In this document: positions 17,412-28,779 of the stretch, piece by piece
How positions within the stretch are numbered: the first letter of the stretch is position 1
Layout: every line of letters begins with the position of its first letter
Source of the DNA: an uncultured Acetatifactor sp.
Lineage (GTDB): Bacteria; Bacillota; Clostridia; Lachnospirales; Lachnospiraceae
NCBI GenBank assembly: GCA_947627535.1
Contig: CANQWM010000005.1
Coordinates: 58,948 to 122,947, forward strand
Reading direction: 5' to 3'
DNA: 64,000 bases
The notes under the pieces: generated by a model
Databases searched by the model: none
The model's input: only the letters and a program-made list of their open reading frames with translations
What the model was told of the DNA's origin: nothing
Position numbers and translations under genes: made by a program

Positions 17412-20400
17412 TCACGGGATAAGCAGCTTTTCCATTATGCCCAGCAGCTCTTCCGTCTTTCCTAACAGCAGCTCCGCCTCCGTCTCCACCAGCTCTGTTT
17501 TTTTATACTTGTAGGTAAAGTAAGGAGTCCCGTAAGCGGTAAACGCAAGATCCTTCCCGCAATTTTTCAAAAGCTCCGGAATTCCGGAGGGATCCAGCCC
17601 CGCATCGGGCTTCAGGGTAAAAAGGATACGCCCGTTCTTTCCCTTGACCTCCGTCATGTACAGTCTGTGGGCCGCCACGCGGATCAGAGCGATCCGCAGC
17701 AGATTGTCCACTGATTTGGGGATCCCGCCAAAACGGTCCAGCAGCTCGTCCCGCATATCGTCCCGTTCCTTTATGCTTTCAATTTCCGCAATCCTCTTGT
17801 AAATGTCAAGCTTCTGCACTTCATTGACAATATAGGTTCCCGGGATAAAAGCATCCACATCCAGGTCAATCACCGTCGCAAAATCTTGAGAGACCGGCGC
17901 ACCCTTGAGGGTCTGTACTGCCTCGTTCAGCATCTTACAGTACAGATCGTATCCTACTGCCTCCATATGGCCGTGCTGCCTCATGCCGAGAAGGTTGCCC
18001 GCGCCGCGGATCTCAAGATCCCGCATTGCGACCTTAAAGCCGCTTCCCAGATCGGTAAACTCCCGGATGGCCGCCAGGCGCTTTTCCGCCACTTCCTTTA
18101 ACAGCTTGTCTTTTTTATACATCAGGAACGCATAAGCTGTGCGGCTGGAACGTCCCACCCGGCCTCTGAGCTGATAAAGCTGCGCAAGTCCCATGTTGTC
18201 GGAATCATGAATGATCATGGTGTTCACATTGGAAATATCCAGTCCCGTCTCAATAATGGTAGTGGATACCAGTACGTCAATCTCACCGCCGATAAATTCG
18301 TACATGATCCGCTCCAGTTCGCTCTCCTTCATCTGTCCGTGTGCGAACGCCACCTCGGCCTCCGGCACCAGTGTCCGGATCCTCGCCGTCACATCGGCGA
18401 TATTATTCACCCGGTTATACACATAGTATACCTGGCCGCCTCTGGCAAGTTCACGGGTAATAGCTTCCCGGACCATCTCCTCGTTGTACTCGCACACAAA
18501 AGTCTGAATGGGAAGCCGGTCCTCCGGCGCCTCTTCCAGTACACTCATGTCCCGTATGCCGATCAGGCTCATGTGCAGCGTCCTGGGAATAGGTGTTGCC
18601 GTGAGTGTGAGTACGTCAACATTTTCTTTCAGCTTCTTGATCTTTTCCTTATGCGCAACGCCAAAACGCTGTTCCTCATCTATGACCAGCAATCCAAGAT
18701 CTTTGAATTTTACGTCATCTGAGAGCACCCTGTGTGTGCCGATCACAATATCCACAAGCCCCTTCTGAAGATCCGCCGCCGTCTTCCTGATCTCCCCCGG
18801 AGTCCGGAAACGGCACATCAGCTCGATCCTCACCGGAAAATCCTTCATCCGCTGCACAAACGTAGTGTAGTGCTGCTGCGCCAGAATAGTGGTGGGTACT
18901 AGATAGACTACCTGTTTTCCCTCCTGCACGGCTTTAAACGCCGCGCGAATGGCAATCTCGGTCTTTCCATAGCCCACATCGCCGCAGATCAGCCGGTCCA
19001 TGATCTTCGTGCTTTCCATGTCCGCCTTTGTATCCGCGATGGCCGCCAGCTGATCCTCCGTCTCCTCAAAAGGAAACATTTCTTCAAATTCCTTCTGCCA
19101 GACCGTATCCTTTCCAAACTGGTAGCCTTCGCTCTGCTGGCGGCGGGCGTAGAGCTCCACCAGGTCCCTCGCGACCTCGTCCACCGCGCTCCGCACCTTC
19201 GTCCTGGTCCGCTCCCATTCCTTGCTTCCCAGCTTATTCAGCTTCGGCTTTTTGGCCTGTTCCGAAGCATACTTCTGGATCACATCCAGTCCGGTTGCCA
19301 GAACATAAAGGATTCCGCCGTCCCTGTACTCTATCTTGATATAGTCCTTGACGACCTTCTCCATCTCTACCTTTTCAATTCCCCGGTAGATCCCGATTCC
19401 ATGACTTTCATGGACAACGTAATCTCCTACCCTGAGTTCGTTAAAGTCCTTGATCTTCTGGCCCTGATAAAGTTTTTTCGCCTTTTTCCTTTTCTTTTTT
19501 TCCGCGCCGAAAATATCCGTCTCCGAAAGAACCACAAACTTAAGCAAGGGATATTCAAACCCCCTGTTTACATGACCATAATAAGTTACGACTTCCCCCG
19601 GCTGCACTTCCCGCATGGGATCTTCCGTGTAGACAGCCGTAAGCTCCTTGTCCCGCAGATCCTCGGCCAGCCGTTCCGCCCTTGTACGGGAACCGGAAAG
19701 CAGCAGAACCCGATAGCCGTTCTTTCCAAACTGCTTCAGATCCCTCACCAGCGTCTCAAAGCTGTTGTTATACGGCGCAACGTTCCTTGCGGATACATCC
19801 ATCCGCCGCTCGGGTCTGAAATAACCGCCCTTCAGTTCCAATGTGGTCACAGTGGCAAGGCTGCCCTGAAGCAGCCGGGCAGCAACCTGCTCTCCGCCAT
19901 AAAGGATGTCCATCTGTCCCGGCAGAATGTATCCTTTTTCCACCCGCTGCGCCATGCTCTCCCGAAATTCCGCCTCTACCGCATCCGCCTGTTCTTTTAA
20001 CCTGGCCGGTTCATCCATGATAAAAAGAGGCTTCCCAAATCCGCCTGCCTGTTCCCGCGCCATGCGTACCAGAAGCTCCGGGAGTGTCACGGTATCTTCA
20101 AAAAAATATCTGACATATCCTTCCAGATTCACCTGACCCTGCTGTTGGGTCAGCTGTTCCTTCAGCTCCTGCATCTGAGACGCGATCCGGTGAGCCTCCT
20201 CCGGTTTTTGCGACTCGCGGAAAACCTGCTCCTGCCGCGCGGCTTCCGCCTCCAGCCTTTCAATCCCTTTTCTGATACGGCCATCATCCATGACAAATTC
20301 CGTGGCAGGGTATATGGAGACGCTCTCCAGATTTTCAATGGAACGCTGGCTGAGAATATCAAAACTGCGGATGGATTCCACCTCGTCTCCCCACAGCTCG

Positions 20401-20969
20401 ATGCGGTAAGGGTTTTCCTCTGTCAGATCAAAAATATCCACGATGCCGCCCCGGACGGAAAACTGCCCGGGACCTTCCACCTGATAGCTTCTTGTATATC
20501 CAAAAGACACCAGCGTCCTGGCCAGCGTATCTTCCTGAATGACGCCGCCCCTTGCGACCTCCATGGAATCCCTCTCCCTGCTCCACATCGCCTGGGGCGT
20601 CATCAGGGCCGCATAGGTAGTCACAATAGTGACCGGTTTCCCCTCCATAAGCCTGCGCAGCGTCCTGACACGCTCCTTCACAAGCTGGTTGCCGTGAATG
20701 TCCGCCTGAAAAAAGATCAGATCCTTGGCGGGATACAGCATTACATTTCTGTCGTAAAATTTGTACTCTTCAAAAAACTCCCGCGCCTTTAAATCATTGT
20801 AGGTGACAATCAGTTTGATCCGGAATCCCTCGCTCAGCCCATAGATCAAATGCAGCTTCTGGGAGTCTACACAGCCGGTCAGAGACACGGGAGCGTCCCC
20901 CTTCTGAAGCTGCTCCTTTATTGACTTATATTCCGCCAGCTCCTCAAGCGGCGCCAGTAATGCCTGCAT
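17412..20969 (-). CDS. mfd: Transcription-repair coupling factor
   Basis: CarD-like [50 protein letters not shown]-terminal TRCF domain. Confidence 0.97.
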   Translation of the reverse strand: MQALLAPLEELAEYKSIKEQLQKGDAPVSLTGCVDSQKLHLIYGLSEGFRIKLIVTYNDLKAREFFEEYKFYDRNVMLYPAKDLIFFQADIHGNQLVKERVRTLRRLMEGKPVTIVTTYAALMTPQAMWSRERDSMEVARGGVIQEDTLARTLVSFGYTRSYQVEGPGQFSVRGGIVDIFDLTEENPYRIELWGDEVESIRSFDILSQRSIENLESVSIYPATEFVMDDGRIRKGIERLEAEAARQEQVFRESQKPEEAHRIASQMQELKEQLTQQQGQVNLEGYVRYFFEDTVTLPELLVRMAREQAGGFGKPLFIMDEPARLKEQADAVEAEFRESMAQRVEKGYILPGQMDILYGGEQVAARLLQGSLATVTTLELKGGYFRPERRMDVSARNVAPYNNSFETLVRDLKQFGKNGYRVLLLSGSRTRAERLAEDLRDKELTAVYTEDPMREVQPGEVVTYYGHVNRGFEYPLLKFVVLSETDIFGAEKKKRKKAKKLYQGQKIKDFNELRVGDYVVHESHGIGIYRGIEKVEMEKVVKDYIKIEYRDGGILYVLATGLDVIQKYASEQAKKPKLNKLGSKEWERTRTKVRSAVDEVARDLVELYARRQQSEGYQFGKDTVWQKEFEEMFPFEETEDQLAAIADTKADMESTKIMDRLICGDVGYGKTEIAIRAAFKAVQEGKQVVYLVPTTILAQQHYTTFVQRMKDFPVRIELMCRFRTPGEIRKTAADLQKGLVDIVIGTHRVLSDDVKFKDLGLLVIDEEQRFGVAHKEKIKKLKENVDVLTLTATPIPRTLHMSLIGIRDMSVLEEAPEDRLPIQTFVCEYNEEMVREAITRELARGGQVYYVYNRVNNIADVTARIRTLVPEAEVAFAHGQMKESELERIMYEFIGGEIDVLVSTTIIETGLDISNVNTMIIHDSDNMGLAQLYQLRGRVGRSSRTAYAFLMYKKDKLLKEVAEKRLAAIREFTDLGSGFKVAMRDLEIRGAGNLLGMRQHGHMEAVGYDLYCKMLNEAVQTLKGAPVSQDFATVIDLDVDAFIPGTYIVNEVQKLDIYKRIAEIESIKERDDMRDELLDRFGGIPKSVDNLLRIALIRVAAHRLYMTEVKGKNGRILFTLKPDAGLDPSGIPELLKNCGKDLAFTAYGTPYFTYKYKKTELVETEAELLLGKTEELLGIMEKLLIP

Positions 20970-20992
20970 AGCCCCTCTCTTTTCCGCTGCCT

Positions 20993-21565
20993 CTATACAG
21001 CCTTCCCGTTGAACTCATTCATGGCGGCATCCGGCCCCTTCGCGATAACAGCGCGAATGGCATCGGCCGCCCTAACCGCCGCCTCATCCATGGTCTTTCG
21101 CTCACAGGCGGTAAAATGTCCCAGCACATAATCCACTAGGTCGCATTCGGGCGGCTTTTCTCCCACGCCCACCCTGATCCGGATAAAATTTTCATGTCCC
21201 AGATTTGCAATGATGTTCTTCAGACCGTTGTGCCCGCCCGCACTTCCCTTTTTTCGGATTCGGATCTGTCCCACATCCAGGCTCACATCATCGGATATTA
21301 CAATAAGCCTCTCCGTCTCATCCGCCTTGTAATAATCTAAAAGGAGGCGGATGCTTTCACCGCTCAGGTTCATAAAAGTCTGCGGCTTCGCAAGAATGCA
21401 TTTCTGCCCCTCTATCATGCCTTTTCCTATAACCGCCCTGTGCTTTATTTCCCGCACGGCAATTGCCTCCCGTTCCGCCAGTACCTCTATCACATCAAAT
21501 CCGATATTGTGCCGCGTATTTTCATACTGCCTTCCCGGATTTCCCAATCCCGCTATAATATACAT
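20993..21565 (-). CDS. pth: Peptidyl-tRNA hydrolase
   Basis: MYIIAGLGNPG, TRHNIGF, KPQTFMNLSG, GGHNGLK; start moved to 21565. Confidence 0.96.
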   Translation of the reverse strand: MYIIAGLGNPGRQYENTRHNIGFDVIEVLAEREAIAVREIKHRAVIGKGMIEGQKCILAKPQTFMNLSGESIRLLLDYYKADETERLIVISDDVSLDVGQIRIRKKGSAGGHNGLKNIIANLGHENFIRIRVGVGEKPPECDLVDYVLGHFTACERKTMDEAAVRAADAIRAVIAKGPDAAMNEFNGKAV

Positions 21566-21659
21566 TTTTGTCCTTCCCTCCGGCCAAAAAGGGCCTGATC
21601 CGGTAAATCTGTTTAATATTTTCTCACCTTTTTCCCGAAAAGACAAGACAAATCTGCAC

Positions 21660-21691
21660 CAAAAGAGAGACTGCCCTCGGGCAGTCTCTCT
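21660..21691 (-). terminator. Intrinsic terminator after spoVG
   Basis: AGAGAGACTGCC-loop-GGCAGTCTCTCT followed by TTT on the minus strand. Confidence 0.8.
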
Positions 21692-21717
21692 CATCTTCAT
21701 CGTGTCTGTCGCAGATC

Positions 21718-21996
21718 CTAGGAGACTTCCTCCCCTGTGTCTTCCGCCACCGTCTCGTATCTGTCAAGTATCATACGCTGGATCTTGTCCCGGGTGACAG
21801 AATTGATGGGATGTGCGATATCTCTGTACTCTCCGTCCGCCGTTTTCTTGCTTGGCATGGCGATAAAAAGCCCCTTCTCTCCCTCAATCACTTTGATGTC
21901 ATGCACTACAAAATCGTCATCCAAGGTGATGGAGACGACCGCTTTCATTTTACCGCCTGCGGCAATCTTTCGTACACGAATGTCTGTAATCTGCAT
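21718..21996 (-). CDS. spoVG: Septation regulator SpoVG
   Basis: [39 protein letters not shown]. Confidence 0.96.
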   Translation of the reverse strand: MQITDIRVRKIAAGGKMKAVVSITLDDDFVVHDIKVIEGEKGLFIAMPSKKTADGEYRDIAHPINSVTRDKIQRMILDRYETVAEDTGEEVS

Positions 21997-22051
21997 GTGT
22001 CTACCCCTTTCCTGTTTCAGTCAGCAGTACGGCTCCCCCTCCGTCTGCAGG

Positions 22052-23173
22052 CTACATGGTATACCTTTCGTTCCGCTCCACTACAATGCGGGTCCTGCCG
22101 CTCTCCCCTACATAGCGGGAGTTTGCCCGGATCGTTCCATGGCTTTCCACAATACAATTCTCAATGTATGTGTTGTCTCCAATATACACATCATTCAGGA
22201 TGATGGAATTTTTAATCACACAGTTATTTCCAATATAACTCTTTTTAAAGATCACAGAATTTTCCACCGTACCGTTGATGATACAGCCGCTGGAGATCAG
22301 GCTGTTTTTCACGCATGTCCCCACATTATACTTTGCAGGCGGAAGATCGTCCACCTTGGAATAGATATCAGGATACTGTTTAAAGAAATAATTCCGGACA
22401 TCCGCCTTCAGGAAATCCATGTTCGTGCTGTAATAGTCCTCCACAGACGCCACATTCCTCCAGTATTCCTTCATCTTATAGCCGAACACCCGTTTCACAT
22501 CTTTGTAGCGGATCAAAATATCCCTCACAAAATCATAACGGTCTTCCTCCGCACATTTCTCGATCATCTCAATAAGCTGGCGGCGGCGAAGGACATAAAT
22601 GCCACAGGATATCGTGTTGGTTTTCGCCTGCAGAGGCTTCTCCTCAAACTCTTCAATCCGGCACTCTTCGTTCATGCGGATCGTGCCAAAACGCTCCACA
22701 TTGAAGCCTTCCTCCATATCACGGCAGACCACTGTGATGTCAGCCTTTTTCTCAATGTGATACTCCAGCAGCTTGTTGTAATCCATTTTATAGACACCGT
22801 CACCGGATGCGATCACAACGTAAGGCTCATGGCTGTTCTTGAGAAAAGATAAATTCTGATAAATGGCATCCGCCGTTCCCCTGTACCAGTTGCTGTTGTC
22901 GGCCGTAACAGCGGGCGTCAGGACAAAAAGCCCTCCCTGCTTGCGTCCGAAATCCCACCACTTGGAGGAGTTCAGATGTTCATTTAGGCTTTTCGCATTG
23001 TACTGCGTCAGAACCGCGACCCTCTGGATATGGGAATTTGTCATATTGCTCAATGTAAAGTCTATGCTTCGATAGCTGCCCGCGATCGGCATCGCGCAGA
23101 TCGCTCTTTTCTGTGACAGCTCCTGCATCCTGTGGTTATTGCCGCCTGCCAAAACAATTCCGATTGCTCTCAC
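22052..23173 (-). CDS. glgD: Glucose-1-phosphate adenylyltransferase subunit GlgD
   Basis: IVLAGG, YRSIDFTLSNM, WYRGTADA, C-terminal beta-helix; overlaps the glgC stop codon. Confidence 0.93.
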   Translation of the reverse strand: MRAIGIVLAGGNNHRMQELSQKRAICAMPIAGSYRSIDFTLSNMTNSHIQRVAVLTQYNAKSLNEHLNSSKWWDFGRKQGGLFVLTPAVTADNSNWYRGTADAIYQNLSFLKNSHEPYVVIASGDGVYKMDYNKLLEYHIEKKADITVVCRDMEEGFNVERFGTIRMNEECRIEEFEEKPLQAKTNTISCGIYVLRRRQLIEMIEKCAEEDRYDFVRDILIRYKDVKRVFGYKMKEYWRNVASVEDYYSTNMDFLKADVRNYFFKQYPDIYSKVDDLPPAKYNVGTCVKNSLISSGCIINGTVENSVIFKKSYIGNNCVIKNSIILNDVYIGDNTYIENCIVESHGTIRANSRYVGESGRTRIVVERNERYTM

Positions 23174-24444
23174 TACTGTTCACCTGCCTTAATCAAAGAT
23201 TTGCCGCTTGCGAGCTGGGAATTCTCATAATCCGAAGCCTGAGTCCCGCCGAAGATCACCGTGTTCTTTCCCACCGATATGCCGTCGGGGATCACGCTCT
23301 TTTCACCAACTGTGACAAGACCGTGGTTATAAATGTGCGGTGCAGTATCGTTGGGGACCTCCTCCCCTACGCCCAGATGCACATTGTTTCCGATGGTCAC
23401 ATCCTCCGCCACAATCGCCTTGTTCAGCACACAGCCATCACCGATATGGGTGTGGTTCATAATGATAGAATCCCGTATGACCGTTCCCTTGCCGATGGTG
23501 ACGCCGCAGCCGATAACGGAATTGTAAACTTCTCCGTATACATCCGTTCCCTCGCCTACAATGCTGCGCTCCATGACACTGTTCTCACACAGATACTGGG
23601 GCGGCTGGATCTCGCTCTTTGTATAGATTTTCCAGTATTCCTCATACAGGTTAAACTCGGGAACAATGTCGATCAGCTCCATATTTGCCTCCCAATAGGA
23701 GCTTAAGGTTCCCACATCCTTCCAGTAACCGGTGAACTCGTAAGCATACAGGGGCGCACCTTTTTCATGGCAGTACGGAATCACATGCTTGCCGAAATCC
23801 AGCGCCGGCTGTTCCGCCTTCGCGATCAGCGCCTCCCGAAGGGTCTTCCAGTTAAAGATGTAGATTCCCATACTGGCCAGATTGCTTCTGGGATGTTCCG
23901 GTTTCTCTTCAAAATCCGTGATCCTTCTGTTCTCGTCAGTGATCATGATGCCAAAGCGGCTCGCTTCCTCCATAGGAACCGGCATAACGGCGATGGTCAC
24001 CTCGGCGTTGTTTGCCTTATGGAAGTCCAGCATCACCTCATAGTCCATCTTATAAATATGGTCCCCCGAAAGGATCAGCACATAGTCAGGATTGAAGCTC
24101 TCCATATACTCCAGGTTCTGATATATGGCGTTTGCCGTGCCCGTATACCATTCGCTGTTGGAGCTCTTTTCATAAGGCGGCAGAACCGTAACTCCTCCGA
24201 TATTCCGGTCCAGATCCCAGGGAATACCGATTCCGATGTGGGTATTCAGTCGGAGGGGCTGGTACTGGGTCAGGACGCCCACCGTGTCCACTCCGGAATT
24301 GATACAGTTGGAAAGAGGGAAGTCAATGATACGATATTTCCCCCCAAACGCAACGGCAGGCTTTGCGACCTTGGAAGTCAGCACTCCCAGACGGCTGCCC
24401 TGTCCGCCTGCCAACAACATGGCAATCATTTCTTTTTTAATCAT
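23173..24444 (-). CDS. glgC: Glucose-1-phosphate adenylyltransferase
   Basis: [51 protein letters not shown]; start moved to MIKKEM (24444). Confidence 0.96.
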   Translation of the reverse strand: MIKKEMIAMLLAGGQGSRLGVLTSKVAKPAVAFGGKYRIIDFPLSNCINSGVDTVGVLTQYQPLRLNTHIGIGIPWDLDRNIGGVTVLPPYEKSSNSEWYTGTANAIYQNLEYMESFNPDYVLILSGDHIYKMDYEVMLDFHKANNAEVTIAVMPVPMEEASRFGIMITDENRRITDFEEKPEHPRSNLASMGIYIFNWKTLREALIAKAEQPALDFGKHVIPYCHEKGAPLYAYEFTGYWKDVGTLSSYWEANMELIDIVPEFNLYEEYWKIYTKSEIQPPQYLCENSVMERSIVGEGTDVYGEVYNSVIGCGVTIGKGTVIRDSIIMNHTHIGDGCVLNKAIVAEDVTIGNNVHLGVGEEVPNDTAPHIYNHGLVTVGEKSVIPDGISVGKNTVIFGGTQASDYENSQLASGKSLIKAGEQ

Positions 24445-24487
24445 GTCATCACCTCTGTCTAGCTTTCTGCCATTTACTGGTATGAAA

Positions 24488-24516
24488 ATTATATCATAAT
24501 AAAAATGCAAAGTGAA
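24488..24516 (-). promoter_or_regulatory. SigA promoter of the glgC-glgD-spoVG unit
   Basis: Minus strand TTCACT-17-TATAAT with a TG extension. Confidence 0.6.
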
Positions 24517-24827
24517 TATTAATTGATAAAAAAATTTACTTTTTTTTCATTTTTTCTATTGATTATGAACAGATTTTCGCAAATGCAAAACCTTTTTTTG
24601 TATATTTTTCCAAATGCAGGCTTGTCATGCCCTGTATGCGGTGGTCATTTTTAACACATTCCGTCTTCTTTTTGATTCCATTTGTTTTTTGAACCCTGTT
24701 CGTATATAATATAACATATCCCAGACAGAGGGTGCAGAACCGGTCTGTGCCTTGTCCTCCTTACGTTTGTTTATCATTTTGCCTATTATCTTAAATTATT
24801 TAATTATAAGGAAAGGAACCGCAGAAC

Positions 24828-26219
24828 ATGTACCAGATCGATTTCAATCACCCCGTTTCTGTTTACTTTGTGGGTATCGGAGGCAGCGGCATGAGCAGCC
24901 TGGCGGAAATACTGGCAAACGCCGGCTTCCGGGTATCCGGCTCAGACAGATCCAGAAGCGCTTATACCGATATGCTGGAGGCAAAGGGCGTCACCGTATT
25001 TTATGGACAAAGAGCCGAAAATATTACCGACACGATAGACTGCGCGGTGTTTACCAGCGCCGTTCCCAAAGACAATCCCGAACTTCTGGCTCTTCATGAA
25101 AAAAATATTCCCTGCATGACCAGAGCTGAACTGATGGGTCAGGTCATGAAGCATTACGACACTCCCATCGCCGTCAGCGGAACCCACGGGAAGACCACCA
25201 CCACTTCCATGATCGGCGAGATCCTGTTAAAAGCCGGTCTGGATCCCACCCTTTCCGTCGGCGGCATCCTGAAAACCATCGGCGGCAACTTCAGGCTGGG
25301 CCGCTCCGGCTATTTCGTTGCCGAGGCCGACGAATACACCAACAGCTTTCTGCATTTTTTCCCAAGGATCGGCATTATATTAAATATTGAAGAGGATCAT
25401 CCGGATTTCTTCAAGGATCTGGCCGATATCCGCCGCTCCTTCCGAAAATTTGCCCAGCTTCTGCCCGCCGACGGCTGCCTGATCATAAACGATGCCATCC
25501 CGAATCGGGAAGAAATCACGAACGGCCTGCCCTGCCGGGTTATCACCTATGGCACAGGTCCGGAAGCGGACTATTATTCCGGGGACATATCCTATGACGA
25601 AACAGGCTGTCCCTCCTTTACCCTCTACAGTCCCGGACACGCGCCCAGAGAACTGGCTTTGCAGGTGCGCGGGGAACACAATGTCAGCAATGCGCTGGCC
25701 GCCATGGCCCTTGCAGATCTGCTTTCCATTGACCCCAGGACCTCCGGGGAAGCGCTGCACGGGTACGGTGGCGCCGCCAGGCGCTTCGAATACAAGGGAA
25801 CAGTGGGCGGCGTAACCATCATCGACGATTTTGCCCATCACCCCACCGAGATTGCCGCAACTCTGAAGGCCGCCGCAAACTACCCCCACAAAACGCTCTG
25901 GTGCGTGTTCCAGCCCCACACCTATACCCGCACAAAGGCGCTTTTAAAGGAGTTTGCCAGGGCGCTTACTCTGGCGGATCGGATCGTGCTGGCCGATATC
26001 TATCCCTCCAGAGAACCTGTCTCTCTGGGTGTGACCCTCGGCATCAGTTCCAAGGTTCTGCAGCAGGAGATCCAGTCGCTGGGAAAGACATGCGATTATT
26101 TTTCCACCTTTGATGAAATTGAAAATTTTCTTTTGGAAAATTGCATAAAAGGAGATTTGTTGATAACTATGGGGGCAGGGGATGTGCTGAAAATCGGGGA
26201 AAACCTCCTTGGAAATTAG
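24828..26219 (+). CDS. murC: UDP-N-acetylmuramate--L-alanine ligase
   Basis: FVGIGGSGMSSLA, SGTHGKTTTT, EADEY, RRFE, DDFAHHPTEI, FQPHTYTRT. Confidence 0.96.
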   Translation: MYQIDFNHPVSVYFVGIGGSGMSSLAEILANAGFRVSGSDRSRSAYTDMLEAKGVTVFYGQRAENITDTIDCAVFTSAVPKDNPELLALHEKNIPCMTRAELMGQVMKHYDTPIAVSGTHGKTTTTSMIGEILLKAGLDPTLSVGGILKTIGGNFRLGRSGYFVAEADEYTNSFLHFFPRIGIILNIEEDHPDFFKDLADIRRSFRKFAQLLPADGCLIINDAIPNREEITNGLPCRVITYGTGPEADYYSGDISYDETGCPSFTLYSPGHAPRELALQVRGEHNVSNALAAMALADLLSIDPRTSGEALHGYGGAARRFEYKGTVGGVTIIDDFAHHPTEIAATLKAAANYPHKTLWCVFQPHTYTRTKALLKEFARALTLADRIVLADIYPSREPVSLGVTLGISSKVLQQEIQSLGKTCDYFSTFDEIENFLLENCIKGDLLITMGAGDVLKIGENLLGN

Positions 26220-26386
26220 TTGTCCACATTATCCACAGACATTGGCGGCCCACTCGGCTGCTCCGGTCTGTGGATATTTTGTTTTTTTGTGTGGATATTT
26301 CTGACAGCCGCACTGTCTGAAAAACGCTGTTTTCAGGCATGAGATTTTGGAGGGGATTTTTTTCCACATTTTTCACATTTTCCACA
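26220..26386. promoter_or_regulatory. Cluster of seven DnaA boxes upstream of dnaD
   Basis: TTGTCCACA 26220-28, TTATCCACA 26229-37, TGTGGATAT 26269-77 and 26290-98 (reverse), TTTTCCACA 26360-68, TTTTTCACA 26369-77, TTTTCCACA 26378-86. Confidence 0.8.
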
Positions 26387-26581
26387 TTTTTTCCGGTATG
26401 TTCAACTGGTTTCTCTTTCGGGATTTTGCCTATTTCTTTTTTGGAAGCCTTGTGCTATACTTTGGCTACTGTGAGGGGTTTCTCCACGGATTTAAGGCAA
26501 GGTTCCCACCTGGCCAAAGGGATGCGATTCACCAGAATCCGTCGTCACTGGGAGCTGCCGTATGAGAGAGGGAAGAGTAAA

Positions 26582-27685
26582 ATGGCACGGTTGACAATTT
26601 ATAAGGACGGGGCTGTAAACGCCACAGAGGTGTCTAATCTTTTTATTGACGAATACATGAAAGACGCCAACGACGCTCAGCTGAAGGTCTATCTCTATCT
26701 GCTCCGCATGATGAACGCCAAGCTGGCTACCAGCGTATCCGATATTGCGGACAAGTTCAACCACACGGAAAAAGATGTCATCCGCGCTTTGAAATACTGG
26801 GAGAAGCAGCATCTTCTGGATCTGGACTTTGACGAAAACAAGACCCTTGTGGGGATTCATATCCGGGATCTGGACAAATCTGTAAGCGGAAGCCGCCAGA
26901 CCGCCGGCTCCACCTTTGTGCCGCTGCCCGCATCCGCGGCGTCCGCTCCGGCCAATTCCGGTCCCGGCGTATCAGACACCGTCCCGCCGGTTCGGGAACC
27001 CGAAAGCAATCCCGCCTTTGAAAAGCCGGTTTATACCGCGGATCAGCTGAAGGAATTTAAAAACCGCCAGGACACCGCCCAGCTGCTGTTTCTTGCGGAA
27101 TCCTACATCGGCAGGCCGCTGACGCCCTCTGAAATGAAGACCATCCTCTATTTTACGGATGTTCTCCATTTTTCCGACGATCTGATCGACTACCTGCTGC
27201 AATACTGTGTAGAGCGCGGCAAAAAGGATTTCAAATACATAGAACGTGTGGCTGTAAACTGGGCCGAGGAAGGGATCACCACCCCAAAACAGGCGCAGCG
27301 TACCGCGGCTCGCTATGACAGGAACGTATACACCATTATGAACGAACTGGGGAAAAACGGTTCCCCCACCACCCGGGAACTGGAATACATCAACCGCTGG
27401 ACCAGGGAATACGGCTTCTCCACGGACATTATCCTCGAAGCGTGCCAGCGCACGGTGCTGGCGACGGATAAGCATCGCTTTGAGTATGCGGAGGGAATCC
27501 TGAATAGCTGGAAAAACCAGAATGTACACCTTAAGTCCGACATCCGCAGGATCGACGATCTCTACCAGCAGCGCCGGAAAAACGCTCCTGCGGAACGCTC
27601 CCGCCAAAACGGCAACCGCTTTAACCAGTTTACCCAGAATAACTATGACTTTGACGCTCTGGAACAGGAACTTTTAAGCAATTAA
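26582..27685 (+). CDS. dnaD: DnaD/DnaB-domain replication initiation protein
   Basis: VSNLFIDEYM...QLKVYLYLL, two DnaD-type domains (YIERVAVNWAEEGITT; YAEGILNSWKNQNV); start moved to MARLTI (26582). Confidence 0.88.
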   Translation: MARLTIYKDGAVNATEVSNLFIDEYMKDANDAQLKVYLYLLRMMNAKLATSVSDIADKFNHTEKDVIRALKYWEKQHLLDLDFDENKTLVGIHIRDLDKSVSGSRQTAGSTFVPLPASAASAPANSGPGVSDTVPPVREPESNPAFEKPVYTADQLKEFKNRQDTAQLLFLAESYIGRPLTPSEMKTILYFTDVLHFSDDLIDYLLQYCVERGKKDFKYIERVAVNWAEEGITTPKQAQRTAARYDRNVYTIMNELGKNGSPTTRELEYINRWTREYGFSTDIILEACQRTVLATDKHRFEYAEGILNSWKNQNVHLKSDIRRIDDLYQQRRKNAPAERSRQNGNRFNQFTQNNYDFDALEQELLSN

Positions 27686-27733
27686 CCGCTTTTTCGGACA
27701 GTTCCGCCAGACCGCCGGCAAAGGAGATCCGAC

Positions 27734-28723
27734 GTGGCGCTCAGCAACTCTCAATACGAAGCGATTATAAAAGAATACGAACAGACCCGGGATTACAACC
27801 GGCAGCTCGCCGATGAAAGACGCAGACAGGTTTACGCCGCCGTTCCCGGTTACCGTGAACTGGAGGAATCCGTGGGCAGCCTGAGCGCCGCGGCCGCCAG
27901 ACATATCCTGGAAGGGGATGAGACCGCGGGGGAGGGGCTGAAGACCCGGCTTGCGGAGCTTTCCGCCAGACGCGCCGCCCTTTTGGCCGAAGCCGGCTTC
28001 CCTTCCGATTATCTGGAGCCCATCTATTCCTGCCCCCTCTGCCAGGACACGGGCTATGTCTCCGACAGAAACGGGCTGAAGGAAAAATGCCGCTGCTTTC
28101 GCCAGCGGGAGCTTTCTCTCCGCTATGCCCAGTCCAATATTCAGGACATGATACAGCGGGAAAATTTTTCCGTGCTCTCTTACGAATACTATCAGGGCGA
28201 AGATCTCCAGCATTTTGGAGCCGCCGCTGCGCTTAGCAAAGATTTTGCGAAAAACTTCAAAGAAGACTACCGCAATCTCTTTTTTTATGGTACAGTAGGT
28301 ACTGGCAAGAGCTTTCTTACGGGTTGTATCGCCAACGAGCTGCTGCAGGCCGGTTTCTCCGTGATCTATTTCAGCGCGGCGGGGCTTTTTGAACGTCTGG
28401 CACGGTACACGTTCGATACCAAAGCCCGGGATCCGCTTCAGGATTTTTATGAAGATCTCTTCCAATGCGACCTGCTGATCATCGACGACCTTGGCACGGA
28501 AGTGACAAACAGTTTTGTGACCTCACAGCTCTTTGCCTGCCTGAATGAGCGCGCCCTGCGGCGCAAATCCGTGATTATCTCTACCAACCTCTCTCTGGAG
28601 GAACTTCGGGACAGATACTCGGACAGGATTTTTTCAAGGATCACAAGCAGTTTTTCGCTGTGCAAACTGACCGGACCTGATATCCGTATTTACCGCAGAC
28701 GTCAGGAAAACAACGGCGGATGA
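27734..28723 (+). CDS. dnaC: DnaC/DnaI-like helicase loader ATPase
   Basis: Zn motif CPLCQDTG...KCRC, Walker A GTVGTGKS, LLIIDDLGTE, ISTNL, RIFSRI. Confidence 0.85.
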   Translation: MALSNSQYEAIIKEYEQTRDYNRQLADERRRQVYAAVPGYRELEESVGSLSAAAARHILEGDETAGEGLKTRLAELSARRAALLAEAGFPSDYLEPIYSCPLCQDTGYVSDRNGLKEKCRCFRQRELSLRYAQSNIQDMIQRENFSVLSYEYYQGEDLQHFGAAAALSKDFAKNFKEDYRNLFFYGTVGTGKSFLTGCIANELLQAGFSVIYFSAAGLFERLARYTFDTKARDPLQDFYEDLFQCDLLIIDDLGTEVTNSFVTSQLFACLNERALRRKSVIISTNLSLEELRDRYSDRIFSRITSSFSLCKLTGPDIRIYRRRQENNGG

Positions 28724-28779
28724 CAACCGGAAACAAAAACACCCATTTACTTTCCAGCAGAAAGGATCGGAACACATTC

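Noticed and set aside
24720-24827. Anti-SD (TCCTCCTTA) pairing in the murC leader as a riboswitch
   Set aside because: Only partial complementarity and no recognisable aptamer; it could be chance in a pyrimidine-rich tract.
26360-26386. Tandem 9-mers as a CRISPR array or VNTR
   Set aside because: Three abutting units without spacers that match the DnaA box; no cas genes.
26220-26400. The DnaA-box cluster as oriC
   Set aside because: No dnaA/dnaN/gidA neighbours, no clear DnaA-trio run or AT-rich unwinding element. A regulatory cluster fits better; GC skew is needed to exclude oriC fully.
26582-28723. dnaD + IstB-like ATPase as a prophage, ICE or IS21 replication module
   Set aside because: No integrase, transposase, att repeats or phage genes; flanked by murC and prs; composition looks core-like.
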